This document shows, in pieces, positions 1 to 7,304 of a DNA stretch of 31,390 nt; position 1 is the stretch's first letter, and the number at the start of each line of letters is the position of its first letter. The DNA lies in the IMG/VR virus record IMGVR_UViG_3300020043_006887, positions 1 to 31,390 of that record; one strand, given 5' to 3'. The notes beneath the pieces are model-generated. The model was not told where the DNA came from. It saw only the letters and a program-made list of their open reading frames with translations, and did not search any database. Made by a program: the position numbers and the translations under genes. The DNA comes from a virus. Taxonomy: Duplodnaviria; Caudoviricetes.

Positions 1-2
1 GC

Positions 3-536
3 GGTTTCCGCGGCTTTGATGGGTCTGAGTGCTCTGGCTGCTCTGACTGCTCTGGCTGCTCTGGCTGCTCTCGCTGCTCTGGCTGCTCTGACTGCTCTCA
101 CTGCTCTGACTGCTCTGACTGCTCTCGCTGCTCTGACTGCTCTCGCTGCTCTGGCTGCTCGCATGTTGCCTGGTTAACAAACAAAAATAATCTACAGGCT
201 AACCCTGATACACCAAAAGTCACTGGACCACCGCCGGTGCCAAAAATCTCAAATATTCACCAGACCGTTTATGCCGCTGCTTCAAATCCAAAGGCGCTGG
301 ATATGAAGAATTGGCATACATGCGCCAATACGCACTGTTGGGCTGGTTGGGTGGTTACCCTTGCTGGAGAAGAGGGGAAATCTCTAGAAGGGTTCTTTGA
401 CACACCACTTGCAGCAATGAAAATTCTCGATGCAAGTTCTCCGCACAAGGTCTCGCCTGTCAGGTTTTTTGAAGGAAATGATGATGCTTTGCGACATATG
501 AAAGAATTGGCTGAGTTAGAGGCGGCATCATTATGA
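3..536 (+). CDS. 5'-truncated Cys-Ser-X repeat protein with C-terminal WHTC..THCWAGW domain
   Basis: The frame of ORF 237..536 is open from base 3: GFRGFDGSE-(CSx)15-VAWLTNKNNLQANPDTPKVTGPPPVPKISN... The true start lies upstream of the window. The stop overlaps the next ATG (ATGA). Confidence 0.75.
   Translation, partial: GFRGFDGSECSGCSDCSGCSGCSRCSGCSDCSHCSDCSDCSRCSDCSRCSGCSHVAWLTNKNNLQANPDTPKVTGPPPVPKISNIHQTVYAAASNPKALDMKNWHTCANTHCWAGWVVTLAGEEGKSLEGFFDTPLAAMKILDASSPHKVSPVRFFEGNDDALRHMKELAELEAASL
30..164 (+). repeat. 9-bp tandem repeat TGCTCT(G/C)(G/A)C, 14 copies plus 1 degenerate
   Basis: Read directly: the units are TGCTCTGGC/GAC/CGC/CAC, in frame, encoding CSG/CSD/CSR/CSH. Confidence 0.95.
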
Positions 537-979
537 GCAAGCTAGCGCATAGCAATCAAGAATGCATGGATGAAATTGAGCGTCGATCAGTTATTGACGG
601 CGACTACATGGATTCGAAAGATAACGGTCCGCCTGAAATAGATTTTCCCCCCTTCATCGCCGCCCTCAAAACAGGCGGCACCAAGGAAGAAGCGATCTTT
701 GCGCTGGAGAGGATGTGGGAGGAACAGTGTGGGCTGCGGGCAGAGATAGAGAAATTGCGTGGTGTTCCTCAAGAACAATTAGCTTGCGACTGTGGTGCGC
801 CCACAGAAGGAGAATGGGCGGACAAGCACACAGCCGGATGCGCGTTGCGCGCGGAGATAGATAGACTGCGTAACTTTTCAGATAAAGCCATGAAAGAATG
901 GCAGCACGCACTTTGTCGCGAAGGCAAAATGATCGGAAGGATAACTAGCCCCATATCACAATCGGATTCCGACTCATGA
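533..979 (+). CDS. hypothetical phage early protein
   Basis: ATGA coupling at both ends; CDCG...HTAGC possible Zn motif. Confidence 0.7.
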   Translation: MSKLAHSNQECMDEIERRSVIDGDYMDSKDNGPPEIDFPPFIAALKTGGTKEEAIFALERMWEEQCGLRAEIEKLRGVPQEQLACDCGAPTEGEWADKHTAGCALRAEIDRLRNFSDKAMKEWQHALCREGKMIGRITSPISQSDSDS

Positions 980-1251
980 CCGACATGATTGGAGAATCCC
1001 AGCTCGAATGGGAAAAAATTATCAGTGCTCTTGTTGAAGGTCTTGCCGAGTTGCGAACACAGATAGAAGAGACGCGCGCAGAGAAAGAAAAACTACGCGC
1101 CGATGTAATCGAGGAATGCGCCGCGCTAATGCAGCAGTGGGCGGATGATGCCGGTGAATTCCCGTACGACGAGAAGCACTCCACGTACTACAACACTTGT
1201 AGAAGCGCAGCTCGCGCAATCAGAGCGCTAGCAAAGACTTCGGAGGACTAA
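976..1251 (+). CDS. hypothetical phage protein
   Basis: ATGA-coupled; the IEECAAL...AARAIRALA motif is typical of small phage early proteins. Confidence 0.75.
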   Translation: MTDMIGESQLEWEKIISALVEGLAELRTQIEETRAEKEKLRADVIEECAALMQQWADDAGEFPYDEKHSTYYNTCRSAARAIRALAKTSED

Positions 1252-1253
1252 TC

Positions 1254-1544
1254 ATGACAAGTTTTCGTAAGAAGCCCGTAGTGATCGAAGCTTGGCAAGT
1301 TTGGCTTCGTGGCCCAAACGCCAGCAAATATTTTGATGAAATGCCTGTATGGCTTGAAGATGCTTTTCGTGGAGGCGTCGCAAGGAACGACGGCCCTAAC
1401 ATGGATAAGGCAAAGGTGAAGATTAAAACGCTAGAGGGGGATATGATCGCTGATGATGGCGACTGGATTATTCGCGGCATCAAAGGCGAATTATATCCAT
1501 GCAAGCCAGACATCTTCGCCGCGACTTACGATCCGGTGGTTTAA
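1254..1544 (+). CDS. widely conserved phage protein (RKKPVVIEA...TLEG...GDWII...YPCKPDIF family), function unknown
   Basis: Recognisable conserved motifs; GGAGGA RBS upstream. Confidence 0.85.
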   Translation: MTSFRKKPVVIEAWQVWLRGPNASKYFDEMPVWLEDAFRGGVARNDGPNMDKAKVKIKTLEGDMIADDGDWIIRGIKGELYPCKPDIFAATYDPVV

Positions 1545-1549
1545 CGCCC

Positions 1550-1774
1550 ATGACCGATCCTTTTGAGGGCACGAGGTTAAGTTGGGAACAAATTGCCAAT
1601 GATATTTTAGGAGAGAACAGCGAGTTGCGTGGCGCGCTCGAAGAATTAGAAAGTTCGGTGGCCCCTACGATGAAATCGGAGAATCGTCTTACTCAAAGAC
1701 TTGGTAACGCTTTGCTTCGAGCGCGCAGGGTTTTGGCTAGTTTGGATGGCCAATTTCATTCGGGCGGTGCTTAA
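1550..1774 (+). CDS. hypothetical phage protein
   Basis: In-frame ATG at 1550 just after the previous stop (the track's 1499 start overlaps the previous gene). Confidence 0.6.
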   Translation: MTDPFEGTRLSWEQIANDILGENSELRGALEELESSVAPTMKSENRLTQRLGNALLRARRVLASLDGQFHSGGA

Positions 1775-2017
1775 ATGACCAAACGTAAAGGCGGTTGTGC
1801 CGTGTTTCAATTCGAGATTGATCGTGTCAGGTGGCTTGGTACGGCCAAAGGCGACATTTCTAGCGAGATTACCTTCGAGACAATGAACGACCGCCTGCAT
1901 CATATCGCCCGCACGGCAATAGCTGACACGATTACGAACGGTGGTACTTTCGTTTTTGTTGTGTCTCCCAAAAAGATCAAGATGGTGCAGCGAACCGACG
2001 CGGATGACCGCCCATGA
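1775..2017 (+). CDS. hypothetical phage protein
   Basis: Abuts the previous stop and is ATGA-coupled to the next gene. Confidence 0.55.
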   Translation: MTKRKGGCAVFQFEIDRVRWLGTAKGDISSEITFETMNDRLHHIARTAIADTITNGGTFVFVVSPKKIKMVQRTDADDRP

Positions 2018-2631
2018 CCAACACAATCGCACCGCCGACATTGGAAGAGTTGAATGAGAGAATTGTTGCTATTGAGGACCTTAGAAACACTTGGCGCGAT
2101 CTTCCTTCTAAAACCCCGTTCGATCTCGAGCTGTATTGCTTGTACGCGGTGCGGGATGGTGTGGGAGCGAAGCGTCAAACTGAACTAGAGGACGCTAATA
2201 ATGCGTGCATCGAATTAGCAGCAAAGCATGGATATGCAACTGGCCACGGCGATACGGTCGGCGACATCATGCGTGAATTTAATGCGCAAATACCTGATCG
2301 CGCCCAATCACCATGGATGGACATAGAGACAGCGCCGAAGGATGGGACAGAAATTCTCGGGTTATTTTTTTATCCTCGCGACGAAGATTCTTATCCAATG
2401 CTGTCGGGCCCTTGGACCACTTGCTTTAAGGATGGCAAATGGCGGTCGAGTTGGGATGGCGAACAAGTTCTGGAATATATGAGTGACTTTGGATCGGAGT
2501 ACAAATCTCCGTTTTGTGATCCAACACACTGGATGCCTCTCCCCGAATTTATACCGGATGCCAAGGCCACTCACAATCACGGTGAGGGTGATCCGTCAGT
2601 GATGCCGGATCGGTCTGGGGGTGATGTATGA
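2014..2631 (+). CDS. phage protein with C-terminal DUF551-like domain
   Basis: WMDIETAPKDGTEIL...PTHWMPLPE motifs. Confidence 0.8.
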   Translation: MTNTIAPPTLEELNERIVAIEDLRNTWRDLPSKTPFDLELYCLYAVRDGVGAKRQTELEDANNACIELAAKHGYATGHGDTVGDIMREFNAQIPDRAQSPWMDIETAPKDGTEILGLFFYPRDEDSYPMLSGPWTTCFKDGKWRSSWDGEQVLEYMSDFGSEYKSPFCDPTHWMPLPEFIPDAKATHNHGEGDPSVMPDRSGGDV

Positions 2632-2843
2632 CTGAATTACCAGTTGATCCTAGGCGGACTGTTTTTAGCATCTTAGCAATTAGCTGTATGTCAGCTGGTG
2701 CTTGGATGATGTGGGGATTTGGCGGATTCCTATTTGTCTTCGGTCTCTTCATGGCGATTGATTTAAGCTCAGATGAGGCCCTTGAGCGCATAACCAAAAC
2801 TACACGCGGCAAGACCGCTTCATCGAAGCGGGAGAACCAATAA
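2628..2843 (+). CDS. small membrane protein
   Basis: Two hydrophobic segments and a basic tail; coupled to both neighbours. Confidence 0.65.
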   Translation: MTELPVDPRRTVFSILAISCMSAGAWMMWGFGGFLFVFGLFMAIDLSSDEALERITKTTRGKTASSKRENQ

Positions 2844-3007
2844 TGGCTTGGTGCCCCAAATGCGGAGCGGCGCATCTTTCGACAGGGGTGCATAGGTGTA
2901 AACCGCATGTGCCAGAACTTGCCGACCACCTTGCTAAGGTCATCCGAGAGCAGAAGCGCGCCTCCACGCTCTCGCCCCTAACGGAAAGGCCAAGCCATGA
3001 AGGTTGA
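2843..3007 (+). CDS. 54-aa Zn-finger-like protein (not in ORF track)
   Basis: TAATG overlap with the upstream stop; GGAGA RBS; MAWCPKCGAAHLSTGVHRCKP... Confidence 0.65.
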   Translation: MAWCPKCGAAHLSTGVHRCKPHVPELADHLAKVIREQKRASTLSPLTERPSHEG

Positions 3008-3197
3008 AGTGGACATGACCAACAGTGAGGAAAGGTTTATCGTTAATTCGTGGTGGGCTACTTGCCCGGATTCCGTACTTAGAATTTTGAGTGATCAAAT
3101 CGTTGCCGCCTCAGCAATATGGCCTGAACTAAAAAAATACCAGATTGGCACGATAGCTCCCTCGTCTACATCTCCACAGGAGAGCGCCAGTGAGTAA
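2997..3197 (+). CDS. hypothetical phage protein
   Basis: Part of the coupled + strand run. Confidence 0.55.
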   Translation: MKVEVDMTNSEERFIVNSWWATCPDSVLRILSDQIVAASAIWPELKKYQIGTIAPSSTSPQESASE

Positions 3198-3384
3198 AAA
3201 ATTCCCGGTTGACGATTGTCAAAAACGTCACCTCATTGCGGCGTTGCAACAAATTAAAGTCGTATGCGAGGACAAAAGGCTCGTGAAGGATATAGGCCCA
3301 AGCGAGCGAATGACGCTGTTTTTCATTCATCAGATATCAGAGCAGGCGCTACGCGCGCCTGTATCCACAGCGGGGAAGCCATGA
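3190..3384 (+). CDS. hypothetical phage protein
   Basis: AGGAGA RBS before GTG; ATGA-coupled to the next gene. Confidence 0.6.
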   Translation: MSKKFPVDDCQKRHLIAALQQIKVVCEDKRLVKDIGPSERMTLFFIHQISEQALRAPVSTAGKP

Positions 3385-3548
3385 CTCGCGCTGTTCCCCT
3401 CGATGGCATCAAAATCTCTCGCAGAGATGCGCTGGAACTTGTGAGACGTATGAATGAGAATTGGCCAGGAAAGTACCGGCTGGATTGGCGAAATGAAAGG
3501 AACCCACTCTTTAGGCCGGAATATTATCAACAAGCCAACGCTAATTAG
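3381..3548 (+). CDS. hypothetical phage protein (55 aa)
   Basis: Internal ATG at 3381 of track ORF 3264..3548, overlapping the previous stop (ATGA). Confidence 0.6.
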   Translation: MTRAVPLDGIKISRRDALELVRRMNENWPGKYRLDWRNERNPLFRPEYYQQANAN

Positions 3549-3565
3549 AAAGCGCCCAGGAGACT

Positions 3566-3751
3566 ATGAGCCGAACCGCCGCCAGATTTACTCAAGCTGA
3601 TGTTGCGCGATCCATTCGCGCAGCAAAGCAGGCTGGCGCTGGCTCGATCCGACTCTTCCCGGACGGCACGATAAAGATTGATTTACAAGCCGATACTGTA
3701 GTGGAAAAGTCGCAAAATACAGTTGAAGATAGCGAGGAGGCATTCCTTTGA
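3566..3751 (+). CDS. putative excisionase / recombination directionality factor
   Basis: Small protein (MSRTAARFTQADVARSIRAA) immediately upstream of and overlapping the integrase; GGAGA RBS. Function is inferred from position. Confidence 0.6.
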   Translation: MSRTAARFTQADVARSIRAAKQAGAGSIRLFPDGTIKIDLQADTVVEKSQNTVEDSEEAFL

Positions 3752-4806
3752 TAGATATGCCCCGCCCTCGCCCGCCTCACCTGCTTAGGGAAACTACCCG
3801 TCACGGCACAGTGGTCTGGTATGTCCGTGAAGGACGCGGGCCGCGCATTCGAATAAAAGAAGCGTACGGGACGCCAGAATTCGAAGCTGCGTACCAGGCC
3901 GCGGTTAATGGAAACCCTAAATCCACAAACATAAAAACATCTAAGGGAAGCCTGGAATGGCTCTGGATGCTCTACCGACAAACTGGGGCCTGGACAAAGC
4001 TATCCATGGCTACACGTGGTCAGCGTGAGCGGATCATGCGTCAGGTTTTAAAGACCAGCGGCAATCTCCCTCTCTCAAAAATAACGCCACGCGCCATACA
4101 GTTAGGTATTGAACGTCGTAAACCGTATGCAGCTCGTCATTTCGTTGACACCATGCGCGGCATGTTCAAGTGGGCAATCGGCGCTCAGCATGTCAAAGAC
4201 GACCCCACGGCCGGTAAGGCTGTAGCGAAGCCAAAGACAAAAGGCTTTGTGGTATGGACTGAAGAAGAACTTGAAAAGTATGAGGCATATTGGCCATTAG
4301 GAACGCGGGAGCGCGTCATGTTTGGCGTCTACTGCTTCACAGGTCTACGGCGGGGCGACGCGGCCAGGCTCGGCAAACAGCACATCCGTAACGGCGTCAT
4401 CGCGATCGATACTGAAAAGACCGGCACCCGAGTGACAATTCCCGTACTCCCAGAATTGGCTGAAATCATCGCGGCTGGCCCGACTGGGGAGCTATCGATC
4501 ATCGCCAGCAAAAAGGGACAGCCGATCCGGAAAGAGTACCTTGGAACCATGTTCAAGGAGGCATGCCAGGCGGCAGGTATTCCAGACAAATCTGCCCACG
4601 GCATCCGGAAGGCGGCTGCAACTCGGGCAGCCAACAACGGTGCCACTGTATCTACCCTGGAAGCGATATTCGGCTGGGAAGGCGGGCAGATGGCATCGCT
4701 CTACACCCGCGCTGCTGACCGCCGCAAATTAGCTGCGGAGCATATAGGAAAACTGTCCAAAACCGGAACTTCTATTCCCGCACCTCGTGGGAAGGTGCGG
4801 GTCTGA
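3748..4806 (+). CDS. int: tyrosine recombinase (phage integrase)
   Basis: TGLRRGD (catalytic R), EKT (K), HGIRK (HxxR), FGW (H/W) and LYT (Y); N-terminal arm-binding-like region. Confidence 0.95.
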   Translation: MIDMPRPRPPHLLRETTRHGTVVWYVREGRGPRIRIKEAYGTPEFEAAYQAAVNGNPKSTNIKTSKGSLEWLWMLYRQTGAWTKLSMATRGQRERIMRQVLKTSGNLPLSKITPRAIQLGIERRKPYAARHFVDTMRGMFKWAIGAQHVKDDPTAGKAVAKPKTKGFVVWTEEELEKYEAYWPLGTRERVMFGVYCFTGLRRGDAARLGKQHIRNGVIAIDTEKTGTRVTIPVLPELAEIIAAGPTGELSIIASKKGQPIRKEYLGTMFKEACQAAGIPDKSAHGIRKAAATRAANNGATVSTLEAIFGWEGGQMASLYTRAADRRKLAAEHIGKLSKTGTSIPAPRGKVRV

Positions 4807-4958
4807 GCGGTGAAAACTCAATCATATCAAGGGTATTTTTCAATGTTGGTGGGGGAGGAAGTTCTAAAACTTCCAAGCTATATCAAATACTTACAAAAAG
4901 GTGCGGGTGAAACAGCCCCATTGACGGTAAAGGCGAATTTTGAGCCATCCCCGCACCT
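4777..4958. other. attP: core TGGTGGGGGAGG (4847-4858), arm repeats and IHF site
   Basis: The core is the reverse complement of a tRNA 3' end (CCTCCCCCACCA). CCCGCACCT/AGGTGCGGG occurs at 4777-4785, 4793-4801, 4899-4907 and 4950-4958. TATCAAATACTTA at 4881-4893 is a perfect WATCAANNNNTTR match. Confidence 0.75.
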
Positions 4959-5059
4959 TTTGGCGCTCCAATCCTCACGCCGCGACCTGCTCTCAGTGCG
5001 GTCCAAACACGGCGAGCGCCAGAACCTGGGCGCGCTGATCTTCAGTAGGAGGTACAAAC

Positions 5060-5155
5060 GTGCGTTGGATCATCAGCGAAGATGTAGACATTAACCGAGC
5101 ATTTCGGTGGGGGATGATCTTCGGGCTATTTATGGGGTGGATACTATGGGCGTAA
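5060..5155 (+). CDS. 31-aa hydrophobic peptide (not in ORF track)
   Basis: AGGAGG at 5047-5052, then GTG; MRWIISEDVDINRAFRWGMIFGLFMGWILWA. Confidence 0.6.
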   Translation: MRWIISEDVDINRAFRWGMIFGLFMGWILWA

Positions 5156-5183
5156 TGAATGGCAATCAGGGAGGTGTGGCAAC

Positions 5184-5453
5184 ATGACTTCAATCAGCGC
5201 CATAAAATCTTACAAGGACGGACATGTCTCGGTGCGAGTCAACCTAAAATCCATGGGATATAAAAGCGACAGCGTCACCGTCCAAGGACGTACTGATATG
5301 AGTTCGGCAGAAGCGCGAGACCTTGCGAAAGCGTTGATCTTAGAGGCTGATCGAGCTGATGCGAAAGTCTCAGCTAAAGTCGCATCTGATGCGCGTCGAA
5401 AAAAATGGCGTGATCGAGAGGTTTCGGCTGGTCGGTTGGTGGTCATCAGATGA
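5184..5453 (+). CDS. hypothetical protein
   Basis: GGAGGT RBS; ATGA-coupled to the next gene. Confidence 0.7.
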   Translation: MTSISAIKSYKDGHVSVRVNLKSMGYKSDSVTVQGRTDMSSAEARDLAKALILEADRADAKVSAKVASDARRKKWRDREVSAGRLVVIR

Positions 5454-5773
5454 AGAGCTTAAGCATGACGATGGATGAGAACCACCCGATTTACAAAGCC
5501 ATCGACAGAGGTGGTGGGCAAACCTGCGACATCGCTGGCGTCATCCGCGAGCTGGATAAGGCCGGGTTCGTGATCGTACCGCGAATGAAGAGCATAACTG
5601 ACAAAAAACCAGAGCTGGTCACAGAGACGACCGCAAGGGCCATCTATGAGGCGCGGAATGGAAGGGGTTGCAAGGCGTGGAGCCTGCTGCCTGGCTCTCA
5701 CAAAGAGCCATATCTGGCCGACGCCAAGGCCGCGATAGATGCTTATCATGACTACATTCGCCGACATTCGTGA
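5450..5773 (+). CDS. hypothetical phage protein
   Basis: Coupled ORF; ARAIYE...W...YLADAKAAI phage motif. Confidence 0.7.
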   Translation: MKSLSMTMDENHPIYKAIDRGGGQTCDIAGVIRELDKAGFVIVPRMKSITDKKPELVTETTARAIYEARNGRGCKAWSLLPGSHKEPYLADAKAAIDAYHDYIRRHS

Positions 5774-5791
5774 CCGAACATCGAGGAAGCC

Positions 5792-6034
5792 ATGATCCGC
5801 ATAGAGAACGATACGGTGTATTTTAGCTCCGGAAAGACGGCTTATGCCAACTGCGGGATTATAGGCCTGTCACCGGAGCTTGAAATTTCAGAAGGCTACG
5901 ACGGCGGGATTGATTGGCCGGTATACGGAGAACCTCGAGAGTGCAATCTAACGGCAGCAGACATGGCTGAGCTGGCGGATTACATGATCGAACAGTGGGC
6001 TAGATTTAAAGCTACGTTGATCGATGCTGGTTAA
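5792..6034 (+). CDS. hypothetical phage protein
   Basis: GAGGA RBS; ANCGIIGL...GYDG...ELADYMIEQW. Confidence 0.7.
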   Translation: MIRIENDTVYFSSGKTAYANCGIIGLSPELEISEGYDGGIDWPVYGEPRECNLTAADMAELADYMIEQWARFKATLIDAG

Positions 6035-6057
6035 AGCATGTAAGCGAGGGACGAAAG

Positions 6058-6237
6058 ATGGATGAATCTGAAACCGTTACCGTTCCCTGTTGGGCTTTAG
6101 CTTTCGTCATGGATAACGCCGATTTTTTGGACGATGGCCCGCTAGGCGAAGGGTGGAAAAGCCCGGAAATGAAGCGTGCTATGGAGGCTTTGGAGGGGGC
6201 GCTCATTGCTGGCAAATCACCACCTACAACTTACTAA
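6058..6237 (+). CDS. 59-aa hypothetical protein (not in ORF track)
   Basis: GAGGGA RBS; MDESETVTVPCWALAFVMDNADFLDDGPLGEGWKSPEMK...; ends where the convergent late operon ends. Confidence 0.6.
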   Translation: MDESETVTVPCWALAFVMDNADFLDDGPLGEGWKSPEMKRAMEALEGALIAGKSPPTTY

Positions 6238-6473
6238 TTAACACCACCCAAACACCTCTTCGCCTCTGCAATCCTGCTGTCCGACCAGCCATGCGACCTC
6301 GCCCACGCTAACGCTGCGCTCTCCCCATAAACAGCAACAGCGTTACGGACCAGCGCACACCGCCAGGCTGATGGCTTATCCGCTGCATGGCCGTCCCCGA
6401 TCAGGCCAAGCACAAGAGCGATAGCCATGATGGCACATCGCAGCTTCATGCTGATGAGCATTTTATTCCCCAT
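6234..6473 (-). CDS. small secreted protein
   Basis: Signal-peptide-like N-terminus (..AIMAIALVLGLIGDGHA) and two Cys in the mature part. Confidence 0.65.
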   Translation of the reverse strand: MGNKMLISMKLRCAIMAIALVLGLIGDGHAADKPSAWRCALVRNAVAVYGESAALAWARSHGWSDSRIAEAKRCLGGVN

Positions 6474-6484
6474 ATTTCGGAGGG

Positions 6485-6742
6485 CTATAATTTGGACGCG
6501 GCATCTCGCATGGGTGAGAACCGCTTCATCGTCTCAGGCGAGAACGGAGTTAATTTCGTTCGGCCTTCCGTGATGTTCGTGTTCCGGCGCACTTCGCGTT
6601 GCGTGAACCACCAAAACTCACCCGTGGCATTGATCGTGCAAAGAAACCGCGAAACATCGTCCGCACCGCCAGGATCGAATATGTGGCATTCCGCATCACC
6701 AATTGGCGTTGCCAATTGCCAAGGCGTTTTTAGAATAAGCAT
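6485..6742 (-). CDS. hypothetical protein
   Basis: ATG at 6742 in a TGATG overlap with the upstream stop. Confidence 0.65.
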   Translation of the reverse strand: MLILKTPWQLATPIGDAECHIFDPGGADDVSRFLCTINATGEFWWFTQREVRRNTNITEGRTKLTPFSPETMKRFSPMRDAASKL

Positions 6743-6870
6743 CAATCAATCTGATTTCTGCATAGGCTTCCGGACTTGTGTGTCATCATGCCAAGGTCTT
6801 CTGCGCGAGCTTTTCCGATCAGAAATCCAGCCAGGCACCCGAAGATGATCCCACAAAAGACCACCTTCAT
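6742..6870 (-). CDS. 42-aa signal-peptide-like microprotein (not in ORF track)
   Basis: MKVVFCGIIFGCLAGFLIGKARA-EDLG...; TGATG-coupled at both ends, exactly filling the gap. Confidence 0.65.
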   Translation of the reverse strand: MKVVFCGIIFGCLAGFLIGKARAEDLGMMTHKSGSLCRNQID

Positions 6871-7223
6871 CACACTCTCCGGAAAGCGATAGCGCCACCA
6901 ACAGACCGGGGTCTGGTTCTAACCCTGCCTCCATCATTGCCGCTGTGAACAATCCAATGCGCCCCTTGCCGGCCAGTGATGACTCCCACGTGATGGCGCC
7001 AAACAACTACAGCCCCAATCTCAGGACCGCTCGCCGGCCTTCCCTCGCGCGCCCATTCACGAGCAATCCAAAGACGTCGATCAGATTTGCCAAAATACTT
7101 GCTCATATAGATGCCACACCACGGTAAGCCATGATGCGATCTACGAGCGCGCGCCTCAGCGTTCGACAGCAATGCGCATAGCATTGCCGCCGCAATAACA
7201 ATGCGGAGCATGTCAGACCTCAT
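6870..7223 (-). CDS. secreted CHAP/NlpC-P60-like (TIGR02594-like) peptidoglycan amidase/peptidase
   Basis: Signal peptide; PWCG (Cys), RHHVG (His) and SGN motifs. Confidence 0.7.
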   Translation of the reverse strand: MRSDMLRIVIAAAMLCALLSNAEARARRSHHGLPWCGIYMSKYFGKSDRRLWIAREWAREGRPASGPEIGAVVVWRHHVGVITGRQGAHWIVHSGNDGGRVRTRPRSVGGAIAFRRV

Positions 7224-7231
7224 GTTTTGAC

Positions 7232-7260
7232 AAATAAAAAAGCCGCCCCGAAGGGCGGCT
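7232..7260 (-). terminator. Rho-independent terminator
   Basis: AGCCGCCC-TTCG-GGGCGGCT followed by TTTTTATTT on the - strand. Confidence 0.85.
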
Positions 7261-7304
7261 AGTTTAATTGGTTGATGGAATTTACTATGTAAGGTGAAGC
7301 ATCG

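Noticed and set aside
30-164. CRISPR array or DGR variable repeat
   Set aside because: Contiguous 9-bp units with no spacers; no cas gene, reverse transcriptase or template repeat in the window.
4847-4874. Complete tRNA gene
   Set aside because: Only the acceptor 3' strand and CCA match; there is no canonical TTCGA T-loop, anticodon arm or D arm. Treated as the att core.
4810-5094. 94-aa ORF after the integrase
   Set aside because: It spans the att core, IHF site and arm repeats; probably a non-coding shadow.
6746-7006. 86-aa minus-strand ORF
   Set aside because: It overlaps the CHAP-like gene; the gap is better explained by the doubly coupled 42-aa ORF 6742-6870.
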